Positions 46,394 to 58,512 of a stretch of DNA of 64,000 bases are shown in pieces (the stretch's first letter is position 1; every line of letters begins with the position of its first letter). Both the position numbers and the translations under genes were made by a program. The notes below the pieces were generated by a model. It made no database searches and was not told the DNA's origin. It saw nothing but the letters and a program-made list of their open reading frames with translations. The DNA comes from Rhynchopus sp. YZ270_cl-10. Its lineage: Eukaryota. Where the stretch lies: contig OZ037835.1 of the NCBI GenBank assembly GCA_964035575.1, positions 1,488,001 to 1,552,000 of the forward strand. Reading direction: 5' to 3'.

Positions 46394-46998
46394 GCGCGAC
46401 CCGTACACCCTTACGTACACTGCGAGACTGTTATGCTCTTCTTGCACCTACATTACTACAGTCAACTGAGCTATAGTGTTCAGGGGAGTCTCTCCTCGGA
46501 AGAGTTGCACACAGAATCTGTGAGGCATCGTGTGTACCTGACCCGACGTCGATACCGACACCACGCTCTACTGATGCGTGCGCATAGGATTTGGACCAAT
46601 TGAACCTGAATGTGGCCCAAGGTCACAAGAGGCTTTTACCTTTGCATGCAGAGATGTTCCGCTGTTCAGAAAGACGTTCAAGAAAGATATTATTTGGTAT
46701 TTGTTTCGTTCTGTGTTTTGTGGGGTGGGGCGCGCGCGAGGGTTTTTGTTAGTTTTGCTCGGTGTCCTCAAACACTGCTGTCTGTTTACTTTTATTTATT
46801 TTTTTGCTTTCATCCGGATGGCTGGCATCGTATGTGGGTCAGTCGGAGGTGCCTGCATTAATAACTTCACTTTATTTTTTTATTCTTCCTCACTCTGCTA
46901 CTTTTATGCCCCTCTCCCCTCCCGAGTTCTTCTCCCCTCACTCCCCTCCTTGGAGAAAAAAAATATTGAAAAAAAAAAAAATATTTGTCCTGTGGAAG

Positions 46999-47871
46999 CA
47001 GAGCTCGCGCTAAAGTCCATCCCTCATCCCGGGATTTTTGGGGGTTTTGGTAGGAACGTTTTTTTTTTGCAGTACGGGGATTTCATTAAGAAACCAGAAG
47101 TTCTAATATTGTTGAGTAAGACCACCACATAGTGGACTTGCATATACATGTGACCCCGCCGTGGAACGCAATTGGCTCGGAAAGTCAAAAGAAAGAGGAG
47201 AAAAAAGAAAAGGAAAAAAAAAAAAGTTGGTTACCGTGCGCCTGCGGCGCTGCCTGTTCCCTTCCAGTTTCTACAGGCAAACACTTGCCCCCTTTACCTT
47301 ACACTGACGGGTTTTGACCAAAACCAAGAACTTGTCCATTTCGGCAAATTGACCCCACCACAGAACGGACGAATTCCGGAAATGCAAATGCCGGTGTTTT
47401 CGCGCATTTTCATGTTGCAAGACGTCAGGATCAGGGAGAGAAAATCTGGTTGTGGGATTTACATTGGCCCTCTTTACCCTACATGGATTTTGACCAAAAC
47501 CAAAAAATTGGCCATTTCGGCAAAGTGACCCCACCACAGCGCGGACGGATTCCGGAAATTCCAATCGCGGTATGTTTTGGGGCTGAAAACCCACTGATTT
47601 TCAGGAGAAAAATTGCTTCCAAATCTCGGAATTTTCCGAATTTTCCTGAAAATGACCCTTGTTTACGAGTATGGGTTCATATTTTGCGAAAATTTAAGTC
47701 ACTAAAATTTTGTCCATTTTTCCGTATATACCCCACCACAAGCCGGGATTGGCCCGGAAATGCCACAAAACGGGGTTTCCGGGCCTCCCCAGCTAACCTT
47801 TTCAAGGAACGTTTTTCCGTACCCGAAATCCATTTTTTCCCCATTTTTTCCCATAATTAGCGCGACCACTG
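46999..47871. mobile_element. hAT-like MITE, 8-bp TSD TGTGGAAG
   Basis: CAGAGCTCGCGCTAA ... TTAGCGCGACCACTG; TGTGGAAG at 46991-46998 and 47872-47879; interior related to 5915-7110. Confidence 0.88.
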
Positions 47872-50431
47872 TGTGGAAGGTGCTTTTCCTGCGATAGAAA
47901 TTTGTGGGGCGTAGTTTTTGTCTTGAAGATGTATCCGTCATGTAATTCTTTCTGGTGATTTTATTATCTGTGCGTTTTTTTTTTTTTGTTCTTGTTTTTA
48001 TGCAGACGACCCCTTAGAGAGAGGAAAGTGTCACGTCGTTCACTCACCCCCAAACCGTGCTCCGGAACACCACCCCAACAAGGTGTGGAGGTGGTGTGTG
48101 GAAGAGACAACATATCGGTCTTACTCTAACTGATATTTGGTTTTATTTGCTTCAAATTTTCTGGGCTTTCGTGGTGTTTGGTGTTGTTGAAATTCCACTG
48201 AATACCACTAAACTCCGCCAATTTTTTTTTTTTTTTGAAAAATTTGAAGCAAATAACATCAGGTGGGACAATCTCTGCTCATAATGACGCCTACCCGGCT
48301 AAGAAAATATTCTTTTTTTAAAAAAATTTTACTGAACAAAATACATCAGATTCTTGATAACAAAACTGCCACTTTCCTTCCCCCTTCCTCAGGGGCCCCT
48401 TTTGGAGAACCAGTTGCCCTCCGTCTCGCCGATGAACGGTGAGGCGTTTGCACTTTCTCTTTTTTTTTTTCTTCGTTTTTTTTTTTTTTCGTTCGATATC
48501 TGGAGTGTAAGCTAGTACCTGCGTCCCAGAGATGTTTGTACTACCACTTTACTCTTATTTTTTGGACGCTTTGGGGTCTGTCTATTGGCACCTTTATATG
48601 GGATAAATGTTTATTTTTTTTTGAAGCGAACAACAAAATTTCCCCCCCGTTTATAGTCTTTTGAGCAACAAAGCAAAGAGGAACGAATCTCGCGAGCATT
48701 TTGCTGAAAACTCCTGAAACTTTACGTTTTTATCCCCTCCCCTTGTGTACCTCTCTCTCCTCTCTTCTCTCTTCTCTCGCTCTCTCTATGATCTGATTTG
48801 TTGGTGTCCACCCCGGTGCACCGGTCATGTACCAAGGTGCACTGTTCAACCAACGGGCTGTTGCATTTCCAGGGCAACTTTGTGTACTTCAGGATTGCTT
48901 AGTTGGTTGCCTCTGGTCTGGGCGGTTTTTGGGGGTAAAAAAAAAAAGAAAAAACAGAAAAAATTATCGCGTATGACGTGGGTAGCGTACCAACTAAACA
49001 AAAGATGAAAGGGGTTTTTTATTATCTTGTTTTGTCCACTGTTGTCTTTTTGTTTGTTTTGTATTTTTATGTCTGTGTTTTTATGTTGTGTCCGCCGGTT
49101 GCACGGAGGTGTTTGCACTTCCAACTCTTTCTTTTATCATACCACTACCACGGTGGTCGCTCTGTTAAATCCCGATTCGAAAAAAAAGAAGAAAAAAAAT
49201 TTTTACCCCAAAAATAACAATATAGTGGTGCTCGTTCGTTTGTTGAGGACCACTTATTTTTCGTTTTTGTTTGTATTCAATTGGGTGCTAGGCTTTGCAG
49301 AAGAAAGAAAAAAATGAAGGGAAAAAAAAAAAATACCAAAAACAGTGAAGACTGTTTGGCAGCTACACTCAATCCAACAAATCATAAAATAAATTGAAAT
49401 AAAAATAGTAAAAAAGACTTTGTGCAGAACCCGTTATTGACGATGTTACAACAACAAAAAAACAACGACAGTGGAGATTGCACAACTGTGGCAACACAAC
49501 CGAGGCAACCACACTACTCTAACAATTTATCAAAAAGGAGAACGAATTCCAAGAATGAGCACGCTTAGCACCAGGGCGTTTGTTCTTTCTAAATCAGATT
49601 AAGAGCACCCATATATTTTTTGAACAAGATAAAGCAAAAAGCTTGCGTTTCTTTTATCGAACAGATTTTATTCTCCGCCCCGTACCCAAAACATAAACAC
49701 CACTTTGAATCAGAAAAAATATTTTCCCTTTTCTTTTTTCTTCCACACGCGCTGGTTTTTGTGCTTCGTTCATTTTTTATTCAAAAAGCTTTCCCTAGTT
49801 TCGAGTGCGAAACGTTTCTCCATGTATTGCACGGGAAACAATATGACAAACAGGTGCAGGGTGGTTCCGTGCATATCACAGAACCCGGCACCTTGTGTGT
49901 CTCCCAAAAACCAAAAAGCGTTGTGTGTGAAGTTTTGAAGGAAGGAAAAATAAAATTGAAATCTCCCTATGTGTCTTGGCGCACCAACGGTTCAGCCAGA
50001 GAGTGGGGGAGGTGTTTTTTCCTTCCTTTTTTTTGCAGAAAAAAAAAAAAGGAAGGATGTACGTGTTACACCTTTTAGTGCTTACTGTTTGTGTTATAAA
50101 TAGTAAGTATATGAATGTATTTTTTTTTGTCAAATTTTTGATGTCGCTCGTTGTGGTTGTGGTGCTCAGTGTTCCTCACCATTTTACCTTTTTATTCAAA
50201 ACAGAAGCTAATCATATACTTTGTCGTGGTGCTTTCATCCGGATGGCTGGCATTGTACGTGGGTCAGTCGGAGGTGTGCCTGCATCAGCAACCCTTTGTT
50301 TCCTACCGTTACTGCACAGCGGGTGAAGTAAAATGTGGTTTTGTGGTATTGCTTTGTGGTTTCACCATAAACCAAGAAAAAAAATAGGAACTCAGATCAG
50401 AGATCTTATAGGTATTTTGTGGTTTCATCGT

Positions 50432-50871
50432 TGGCTTGAAACAAAGTAAAACCACAGGTTCACGTCGTTGACTTCACCCTCGATTGTGCTACTACACAGG
50501 TTCCATGCCACCCCTCAGGCTGTCGTTATCTTTCCCCCAGCGTTTAGAGTAATGTTTGTTTCAGTGTGCAGGGACCTAGTTTCGAGTGCGAAACGTTTCT
50601 CCATATATTGCACGGGAAACAATATGACAAACAGGTGCAGGGTGGTTCCGTGCTTATCATAGAACCTGGCACCTTGTGTGTCTCCCAAAACCAAAAAGCG
50701 TTGTGTAGTTTTGAAGGAAGGAAAAATAAAATTGGCTTGAAACAAAGTAAAACCACAGGTTCACGTCGATGACTTCACCCTCGATTGTGCTACTACTACA
50801 CAGGTTCCATGCCACCCCGCAGGCTGTCGTTATCTTTCCCAGCGTTCAAGAGTAGTGTTTGTTTCAGTGTG
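50432..50871 (+). repeat. ~140-bp direct repeats flanking a family A fragment
   Basis: TTGGCTTGAAACAAAGTAAAACCACAGG...TTTCAGTGTG at 50432-50568 and 50732-50871. Confidence 0.85.
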
Positions 50872-51505
50872 AAAACGATACATTGTAAAGATGTTGCGCG
50901 AGAGATCGGAGTGCGTGCGTCTTACAACGGTGCGCCTGTGCCCAAAAAATAAAGTGTATCCTTTACAGTGGTTTAAGAACGTTCCGTCTCAAAGAACCAC
51001 AGTGAAGATTGCACAACTGTGGCAACACTACCGAGGGCAACTACACTACATCCAACTATTTATCAAAGGAAATGGTAAAGCAAAACAAAATTATCTCGTA
51101 AATTCCGCAATCAATTTTCAATCCCGCCTTTTATTTTGGCAAGTATCTTTAACCACTGCTTTTTTTTTGTACATAAAAGTACTGTTTTCATCCATGCGTG
51201 GGTGGCTGAATGAGGGGGGGTGCACAAAGTACGCAAAAAGTGCGGGAGTGCCCAAGAAGTACGAATCAGCCCCCCCCTTTCAGACACACCAATGATTTTT
51301 TTTTTGTTGTTTTTTTTTTGTGGAAGCGTGCAATGCAACAACTGTCGAGATCTGATCAATCGCACACACAACATCTCCCTTTTGTCTTTATTGCTTTATC
51401 GTTTGCGGGGGTGGGGGAAAAACATTCAAAGGAAAGTAGGAGTACGGTTTCAATTTCTCATTTATTTTTCTTACATGCTGGTTTTTTTTGTTTCTTCGCT
51501 ATTTA

Positions 51506-53387
51506 CCACCTGATTTTTACCCCGCGTATAGGCGCGTAAAGGCGCGTATAGGCTCGTATAGGCCCGTATAGGTCCGTAAAGGCACATCCCCACCCATTTT
51601 CCCCTCTATACGTGTATGTATCCCCCACAACCCGCCAAAGCCACTCTTTTCCCTCTCCTGGGACACCTTCGGCCCCGCTTTGTTCGGGCATCACCACTGC
51701 GCCAAGCGGAGGATGAGGAGGTCGCTTTCTGGGACGACGAGATCGTAGAAGGAGACGACGACTGGGCATGGGGGCTGTGTGACGAAGAGGCCGACGACTG
51801 GATTTCTTTGAGGAATACTTCCCTCACAACCAGTTGTGGTGGATGCGTTGATGCCACTTCGTCCGCAGAGTACGGGGATCAGGCACATGAGGTCGACAAA
51901 GTTCTGGCGGAAGTCCGAGCCCACCGTGGCACACCCCACACATGACTGCAACCTAGCGGCCATCCACCCCTCGGGGTGGATGGCCGTTTGGCTGCAGTCA
52001 TGTGCTAGGCGCTCCTCTCCACCGTCCTACCCACCGACTGGACGATGACGATGTTGAGGTTGCGCCTCAATGCGAAGAGACGCAAGGCAAGGTGGTCTTA
52101 CTTTGCAGTGCCTTTGATGCCATGACCTCTTTGGTGGTGAAGTCGGCGGGGCCAGAGGGGTTCTTCATGTCCCCATGCAAGGTAGAGGCGCCGTAGGGTG
52201 CTTGCCCTTAAGCTTGGCAAACGTTGCAGGTCCATGCGGGGCGAGACCATCGCTGGTGAGGGAAGTCAAGGCCTGGCGTGGGAGTCCCACTGCCACCTTC
52301 ACTCGAGAGCGCTTCTGGCGCGCCTCCAAAGTATCCCCCGTGTCCACTTCGGCTGGTCCTGTATCCCATCCAGAGTGTTGGAATTCTTAAGGAGAAGATG
52401 TGGTCCAGGACATACTCATTTTCCGCGCGTGGATCCTCAGGTGGCCAAGGAGGCCCGGGTTCAGCGTCGCTTTCTTCATCAAGTCCGACGACACATCATT
52501 TGTTCCTCTGGTAAGTCCACCTTCCCCACCGGCCGAATCGCCTCGTAGTGGCGGCCGCATAACGCCATTGTCACCGTCGACGACGAAGCAGCTCTTTCGC
52601 CCGAAGATCAGCGTTGCTGATGTTCGCACCTGGCAATCAGGATGACCGACGACATGACGTGGGAGGACGCGACACGCCGTCTGATTGGCAAGATCTTGGC
52701 GAACAAGTTATGGAAGCGAGCTGCCGAAATTTTCCGCAAAGGGAACCGCGTTGGGGTGTCGATGACAAGGGTCTCTGAGGCGGCCACTGCACCCGGCCCA
52801 GTGTTTAGCAGTCCATTCAATGATTTTGTTAAATCGTTGAATGGTAGTGTTGTACTCCTTCGCGAAGCGTCGGACTTATCCACACACTTGGTTTGGTGAA
52901 GGAGTACTTGCAGCAGAATCCCCATATGTGCTACTCTGACTTGTATAAGAAGCAACCAAACGGGTACCTTCCTCTATGCAACGGCTGCAACACCCCCGGT
53001 GTGAGAAAGAGGGATATCCATTTTGTCGATTTTAGGGGTGTTGCGAGCGTGTGACATTCTGTCCCCCCGGAAGGGGATTCTGAAGATGTGCGTGAAGTTT
53101 CAGGGTTTGGGCACCCACTCCCAACATTTTTACGTTACCCAACCCTCACCCACAAAATTTCCCCTACTAGAACCCACCCAAAAAAATTTTTTTTCTGGAT
53201 TTTCGGCCTCGCGTATAGGCGCGTAAAGGCGCGTAAAGGGCCGTATAGGCCGTATAGGCCCGTACAGGCTGCGTAGAGGCCGTATAGGCCCGTACAGGCT
53301 GCGTAGAGGCCGTATAGGCCCGTACAGGCTGCGTAGAGGCCGTATAGGCCCGAATCCCGTTTTTTTTTTGGGGGCAAAATCAGGTGG
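51506..53387. mobile_element. TIR element with ~5-bp TSD carrying GC-rich decayed coding DNA
   Basis: CCACCTGATTTTTACCCC ... GGGGCAAAATCAGGTGG; flanks ATTTA/AATTA; empty sites at ~56585 and ~62030; CGTATAGGC subterminal repeats including a 30-bp x3 tandem. Confidence 0.8.
51870..52960 (-). pseudogene. Possible remnant of a CRE-clade non-LTR retrotransposon ORF (region upstream of RT)
   Basis: Reverse-strand peptides GLPRQALTSLTSDGLAPHGPATFAKLKGKHP, VMRPPLRG and GWMAARLQ resemble CRE-type pre-RT motifs; frameshifted. Confidence 0.5.
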
Positions 53388-53399
53388 AATTAGTTTAAA

Positions 53400-56300
53400 T
53401 TGAAATATTTCCCTCTCCAGAAACGTTTTGATGTCATGACCGTTTCTTCTTGTACTGAGGACAGTGTTTCGCGTACTAGAGAGAGAGCCTAGTGCAGGAA
53501 GGGCTTGCAAACCCGCAAACCCGCATTCACGTTTTGCAAAAGTTAAACCCTGGCTAGGGTATATAAATGCTGAGCCAGTAGCTTTCCCCCAAGCTATGAA
53601 GGGTGTTTGCACTTCGGGGCAGGAAACAGCGACCAATTAGTCAGACCAAGCAGAAGGTGGGTCGCCGGCCGTGCCACCTTTCCTTGACGAGTGGTTTGTG
53701 TACCGCCCCCGGTGGAAGCGTACAACTAACAAACTCACCCCCTATTTCGTTTCCCGTTTTTCCTGTGTGGGTGAAGATAGCTATTGACACCCGTAGTATT
53801 TTCGTTATGATAGTGTTGTGTTCTTTTGTGTGTTTTGGGGCTTTCTTTTTGTGTGTCATTTGGGTTTGTCAGAGCACGCTCTGGTAGGGTGATTTGTAAT
53901 ACAACAAAAACAGCAACAAAAGAAACGAAGTATCTACCCCCTCCGTTCATGATTTGTTTTGTTGATCGCATCAGTCTTCATTGTGGAGAAGGTGGAGAAA
54001 AAAAAGGGAAAGCAGTAAGACTCATGAGATCCGAACGTGGATTTCGTTTTCAGATGTATTGCATTGCCACGATCAAGAAGCGATCTTGGTCGTACCTCCT
54101 ACTGAAGTGCCCAGGCATGGTGTGTCACAATGTTGTCTGAATACAGCAGTTGGGGGACTGTCAATTATCTTCTCTGAGTCATAGCCTGCCTGTTGTGGTG
54201 AAGCAGGGTTCGTTCCCCGTGTGGGAAACACGGTCTGCTCAGCACTCAGAAGCTACCTACCATAAAGGCCGTTAGCCCGGTCTTGTTCGGTCTTGAAAGC
54301 CGTGTGCACGCAAAATAGCGTGCCGACACTCCACTGTGGGGTGTTCGTGTGTAGAGAAATGATGTCTTCCAGCGGTGTGCAGCTCGAGGAGTTGTTGCGC
54401 TGCTCCGCTGTTGCATGTGTGTTCTTCGTCCTCTCTCGTTGCAACCTCCTCACAGAAGCAGCAACACACAAACACACAATGTCGAAGAAGCGGCACGCAG
54501 ACAGCACGCAGGACGAGAACCCACCAAAGAGAAGACAGCTTTCTGCAGACCAGGTCTTGGTGGAGGCTGTCAGAAACGGCGACATGACTGCCGTGCGGGC
54601 GGTCCTTGAGAAGTTCAACCCAAACGGAATAAAAGTAGTCTTCGATGCTGCGCACGAGGCATGCAGAAGGAACGACGATGAAAGCCTTGTACTGCTTCTT
54701 CCGTATGTTGAGACAACGCAGATGGGCTTTGGGATCCTGCTGAGTGAGTGTGTCCACGCAGACCACGTTGCGTGCACGGAGGTCCTCTTGCAGCATTGGA
54801 AGTGCGTCTGCAAGAACACAGCGTTTGTCCCGCACGAGTCCAAGGGCAACGCAGGTCAGTATGGCTGTCCGGCCATGTGGTCAGACCCTGCAGTGTGTCG
54901 TGTCTTGATTGATGCAGGGGCAGACTTACATACAAAGAACGAGAAGCAACGTTTGCCTCTGCAGTATGCTTGCGCTTCAGGAGCACTTGACGTTGTGAAG
55001 ATGTTGTTGCCAGAGGTCGATGTCAATTACAAGCTCGACGACTGTTCTGCGTTGCACTATGCGGTGTGTCAAACATCAAGTCAAAAGGCAACAGACGTAG
55101 TACAGGTGCTGATTGATGCAGGTGCAGACGTCAACATACTGTACCACGGATATTCGCTTCTGCACTATGCTTGTGCACATGGAGCACTCGAAATTGTGAA
55201 GATGTTAGTCAGAGCAGGTCCGGGAGTGCGTGTCAATGGCGCAAAGCAAATGTTTCTTCACGCTGCGGCAGAAGGTGGATACATCGAGATTGTGCGCTAT
55301 CTTGTGAGCTTGCCAGATGTCGATGTGAATCAAGAAACTGTAGATGTAGAAAGCTGCACTGCGTTGCACCGTGCGGTGATACATGTAGAAACAGACGTGG
55401 TGCAGGTGCTGATTGATGCAGGTGCAGACATCGACACACAGAACAACGAGGGACGTTCGCCCCTGCTCTCTGCTTGCGCTGAAGGAACATTTGACACGGT
55501 GAAGATGTTGGTGAGAGCAGGTGCGAAAGTGCGTGCCACAGATGACGAAGGGGTCACGTGTCTTCACTATGCCGCACGTCGTGGACACACTGAGGCTGTG
55601 CGCTATCTTGTGTGCTTGCCAGAGGTTGATGTGAATCACAGAGATGCTGACAACAACACTGCGTTGCACTTTGCGGTGGTGAATGCGAACACATACGCAG
55701 TGCAGGTGCTGATTGATGCAGGTGCAGACATCAACACACAGAACAACGGCGGACGTTCGCCTCTGCACTCTGCTTGCGCTTCAAGAGCACTTGACGTTGT
55801 GGAGATGTTGGTTGAAGCAGGTGCGGGAGTGCGTGCCAAAAGCGACGACGGGGACACGTGTCTTATCCTTGCAGCATATTTTGGACACACCGAGACTGTG
55901 CGCTATCTTGTGGGCTTGCCAGAGGTGGAACTGAACTACCGAGACACTGAAAACAACTACACTGCGTTGCAGCATGCGGTGGAGGAAGGGTACACAGACG
56001 TGGTGCAGGTGCTGATTGATGCAGGTGCAGACGTCGACACAAGGGGTAACCTGGGACGTTCGCCACTCCTCTATGTTTGCGCTTCAGGAGAACTTGACGT
56101 TGTGAAGATGTTGGTCAGAGCAGGTGCGGGAGTGCGTGCCACAGATGACGAAGGGGACACGTGTCTTATCCTTGCAGCATTTTTTGGACACACCGAGACT
56201 GTGCGCTATCTTGTGGGCTTGCCAGAGGTGGAACTGAATCACCGTGACACTGCAAAGAACTACACTGCGTTGCAGTATGCGGTGCAGGAAGATCACAAAG

Positions 56301-57275
56301 ACGTTGCACAGGTGTTGATTGATGCATTGTATGTTGCTATTGGAGTTTGAGACATGCTCACGTACCTCGTGACTTGGACCCTCAGATGTGTGTGTTAGCT
56401 GCACTAGGTGGTGGTGTTTCAGTTGCATGGTAGTTTTCAAAACAGGTTTTATTCAGTGCCTGCGTCCCAGAGGCGTTTGCACTATCAACTTCACTTTATT
56501 CTCCACACCGCCACACTTTCAGGAAAAATATCATTTTCTCTATTTATTTTTCTTCCACACACACTGGGTTTTTTTGTTTCTTTGCTAATTATTTTATATC
56601 AAAATCTTTCCCTCCCACCTTCGCCAGAAACGTTTTGATGTCATGACTGTTTCTTGTTGTACTGAGGAAAGGGTTTCGCTTACTAGAGCCCAGTGCAGGA
56701 AGGGCTTGACGTGGAAAAAACAGGAGAACAAGGGTTAGTTTGATGTACGTTACCATCCCACGTCTTCACTTTTTGCAAAAGTTAAACCCTGGCTAGGGTA
56801 TATAAATGCTGAGCCAGTGGGTTCCCCAAAGCTATGAAGTGTTTGCACTTCGGGGCAGGAAACAGCGACCAATTAGTCAGACCAAGCAGAAGGTGGGTCG
56901 CCGGCCGTGCCACCTTTCCTTGACGAGTGGTTTGTGTACCGCCCCCTTTCATCCAGAGGGATGGCATCGTACAGTGGTTGGAAGTGCCCTACGTCAAGAA
57001 CAATTCCTTTGTTGCTGTCATTGTTATGATAGTGTTGTGTTCTTTTGTGTGTTTTGGGCTTTCTTTTCGTGTGTCATTTGGGTTTGTCAGAGCACGCTCT
57101 GGTAGGGTGATTTGTTATACAACAAAAACAGCAACAAAAGAAACGAAGTGTCTACCCCCTCCGTTCATGATTTGTTTTGTTGATCGCATCAGTCTTCATT
57201 GTGGAGAAGGTGGAGCAAAAAAGGGAAAGCAGTAAGACTCATGAGATCCGAACGTGGATTGTGTTTCCAGATGTA
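53400..57275 (+). repeat. Duplicated upstream block (53400-54060 and 56620-57275), one in front of each ankyrin gene
   Basis: Collinear high similarity; a third partial copy at 61990-62220. Confidence 0.85.
54479..56350 (+). CDS. Ankyrin-repeat protein, ~623 aa, ~14 canonical repeats in three-repeat super-units, N-terminal NLS-like motif
   Basis: ATG 54479 (MSKKRHADSTQDENPPKRRQL) is shared with the paralogue; SPLHSAC/TCLxxAA/TALHxAV...LIDAGAD repeats. Confidence 0.9.
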   Translation: MSKKRHADSTQDENPPKRRQLSADQVLVEAVRNGDMTAVRAVLEKFNPNGIKVVFDAAHEACRRNDDESLVLLLPYVETTQMGFGILLSECVHADHVACTEVLLQHWKCVCKNTAFVPHESKGNAGQYGCPAMWSDPAVCRVLIDAGADLHTKNEKQRLPLQYACASGALDVVKMLLPEVDVNYKLDDCSALHYAVCQTSSQKATDVVQVLIDAGADVNILYHGYSLLHYACAHGALEIVKMLVRAGPGVRVNGAKQMFLHAAAEGGYIEIVRYLVSLPDVDVNQETVDVESCTALHRAVIHVETDVVQVLIDAGADIDTQNNEGRSPLLSACAEGTFDTVKMLVRAGAKVRATDDEGVTCLHYAARRGHTEAVRYLVCLPEVDVNHRDADNNTALHFAVVNANTYAVQVLIDAGADINTQNNGGRSPLHSACASRALDVVEMLVEAGAGVRAKSDDGDTCLILAAYFGHTETVRYLVGLPEVELNYRDTENNYTALQHAVEEGYTDVVQVLIDAGADVDTRGNLGRSPLLYVCASGELDVVKMLVRAGAGVRATDDEGDTCLILAAFFGHTETVRYLVGLPEVELNHRDTAKNYTALQYAVQEDHKDVAQVLIDALYVAIGV

Positions 57276-57391
57276 TTTGAACAAGATAACATAAAAAGCT
57301 CGCGTTTCTTTTATCGAACAGATTTTATTCTCCACCCCATACCCAAAACGTAATCAGCACTTTCAATCAGAAAAAAGTATTTTTCCTCTAT

Positions 57392-58273
57392 GTGGGGTGT
57401 TCAGGGGTATGGAATTTTGGCAATCTTCATTTCAATTCACAGCTCTTCACAACTTTTCACAACTTTTCACAAAAAAGTGTGTGTGAAAAGTTGTGACGTG
57501 GCGAAGTCTGGGTGGTGCTTGGGAACCCAGGTACCCAGGTAGGTACAGGGCACCTTGGCGGACGTTGTTTGGCAACACAGGAGGTTCTGTGTGCAAAAAG
57601 TGCCTAAACGGTGTGGCTGACCCGACGATTTGGGCCCTTTCGGGCCACGTGTTTTTAGGTGTTTTTTCAACTTTTTGATCGGTTTGCATTTTTGGGCTCC
57701 GCCCGTGTAGTGGTGGGGTCGATGTTGAAAATTGGACAATTTTATGACCACTTAAATTTTGGAAAATATGAGCCCGGTCATTTATAGGCAGGTCCATTCG
57801 CACTTTTCCAAGCGGGTGTCGTCGTACCTAGTATAGTCCCCTGTATAGACCCCAAGCAAAACAGGCCACCCCCTGGCATATATGGCACCCAAACTTTTCT
57901 GGCGAAGCCACAGTACGCAACATTTCGGGTAGACCTGTGGGTTACCGCCCGTAATTTTTAGCTGCGCACGGTACGCTACTTTTATATGAGTTGCGCTCAT
58001 GTTGAAAAATAAAGACAACAAACGAACTCGCCGCGGACTTCCGTCGTCGTCCTCCGCACAGGGGGTGGGGTGGTACGGTCAACTTGACCCACGGACCCAC
58101 GCTAGCTAGCCCTCTGCAGCATACTTGACCTGAACAGTCCTGCAAACCCTGGAAAAAAAGCCCCCTCTTTTTATCCAATTCACAACTTTTCACAACTCTT
58201 CAAAAAAATGGCAAATACCATGTTGTGAAAACTTGTGAAGATCGCCAAAATTCCATACCCCGGAACACCCCAC
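57392..58273. mobile_element. 882-bp MITE, GTGGGG termini, ~5-bp TSD (TCTAT/TCTAC)
   Basis: 38-bp TIR GTGGGGTGTTCAGGGGTATGGAATTTTGGCAATCTTCA with 2 mismatches; splits a family A copy. Confidence 0.85.
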
Positions 58274-58512
58274 TCTACTTCTTTCTTCCACACACACTGG
58301 TTTTTGTGTTTGCTCATTTTATAAAAAAGCTTTCAAGTTTCGAGTGCGAAACATTTCCCGATGTATTGCACGGGAAACAATATTACAAACAGATGCAGGG
58401 TGGTTCCGTGCTTATCACAGAACCTGGCACGCGCTGCTCCGCTGTTGCATGTGTGTTCTTCGTCCTCTCTCGTTGCAACCTCCTCACAGAAGCAGCAACA
58501 CACAAACACACA

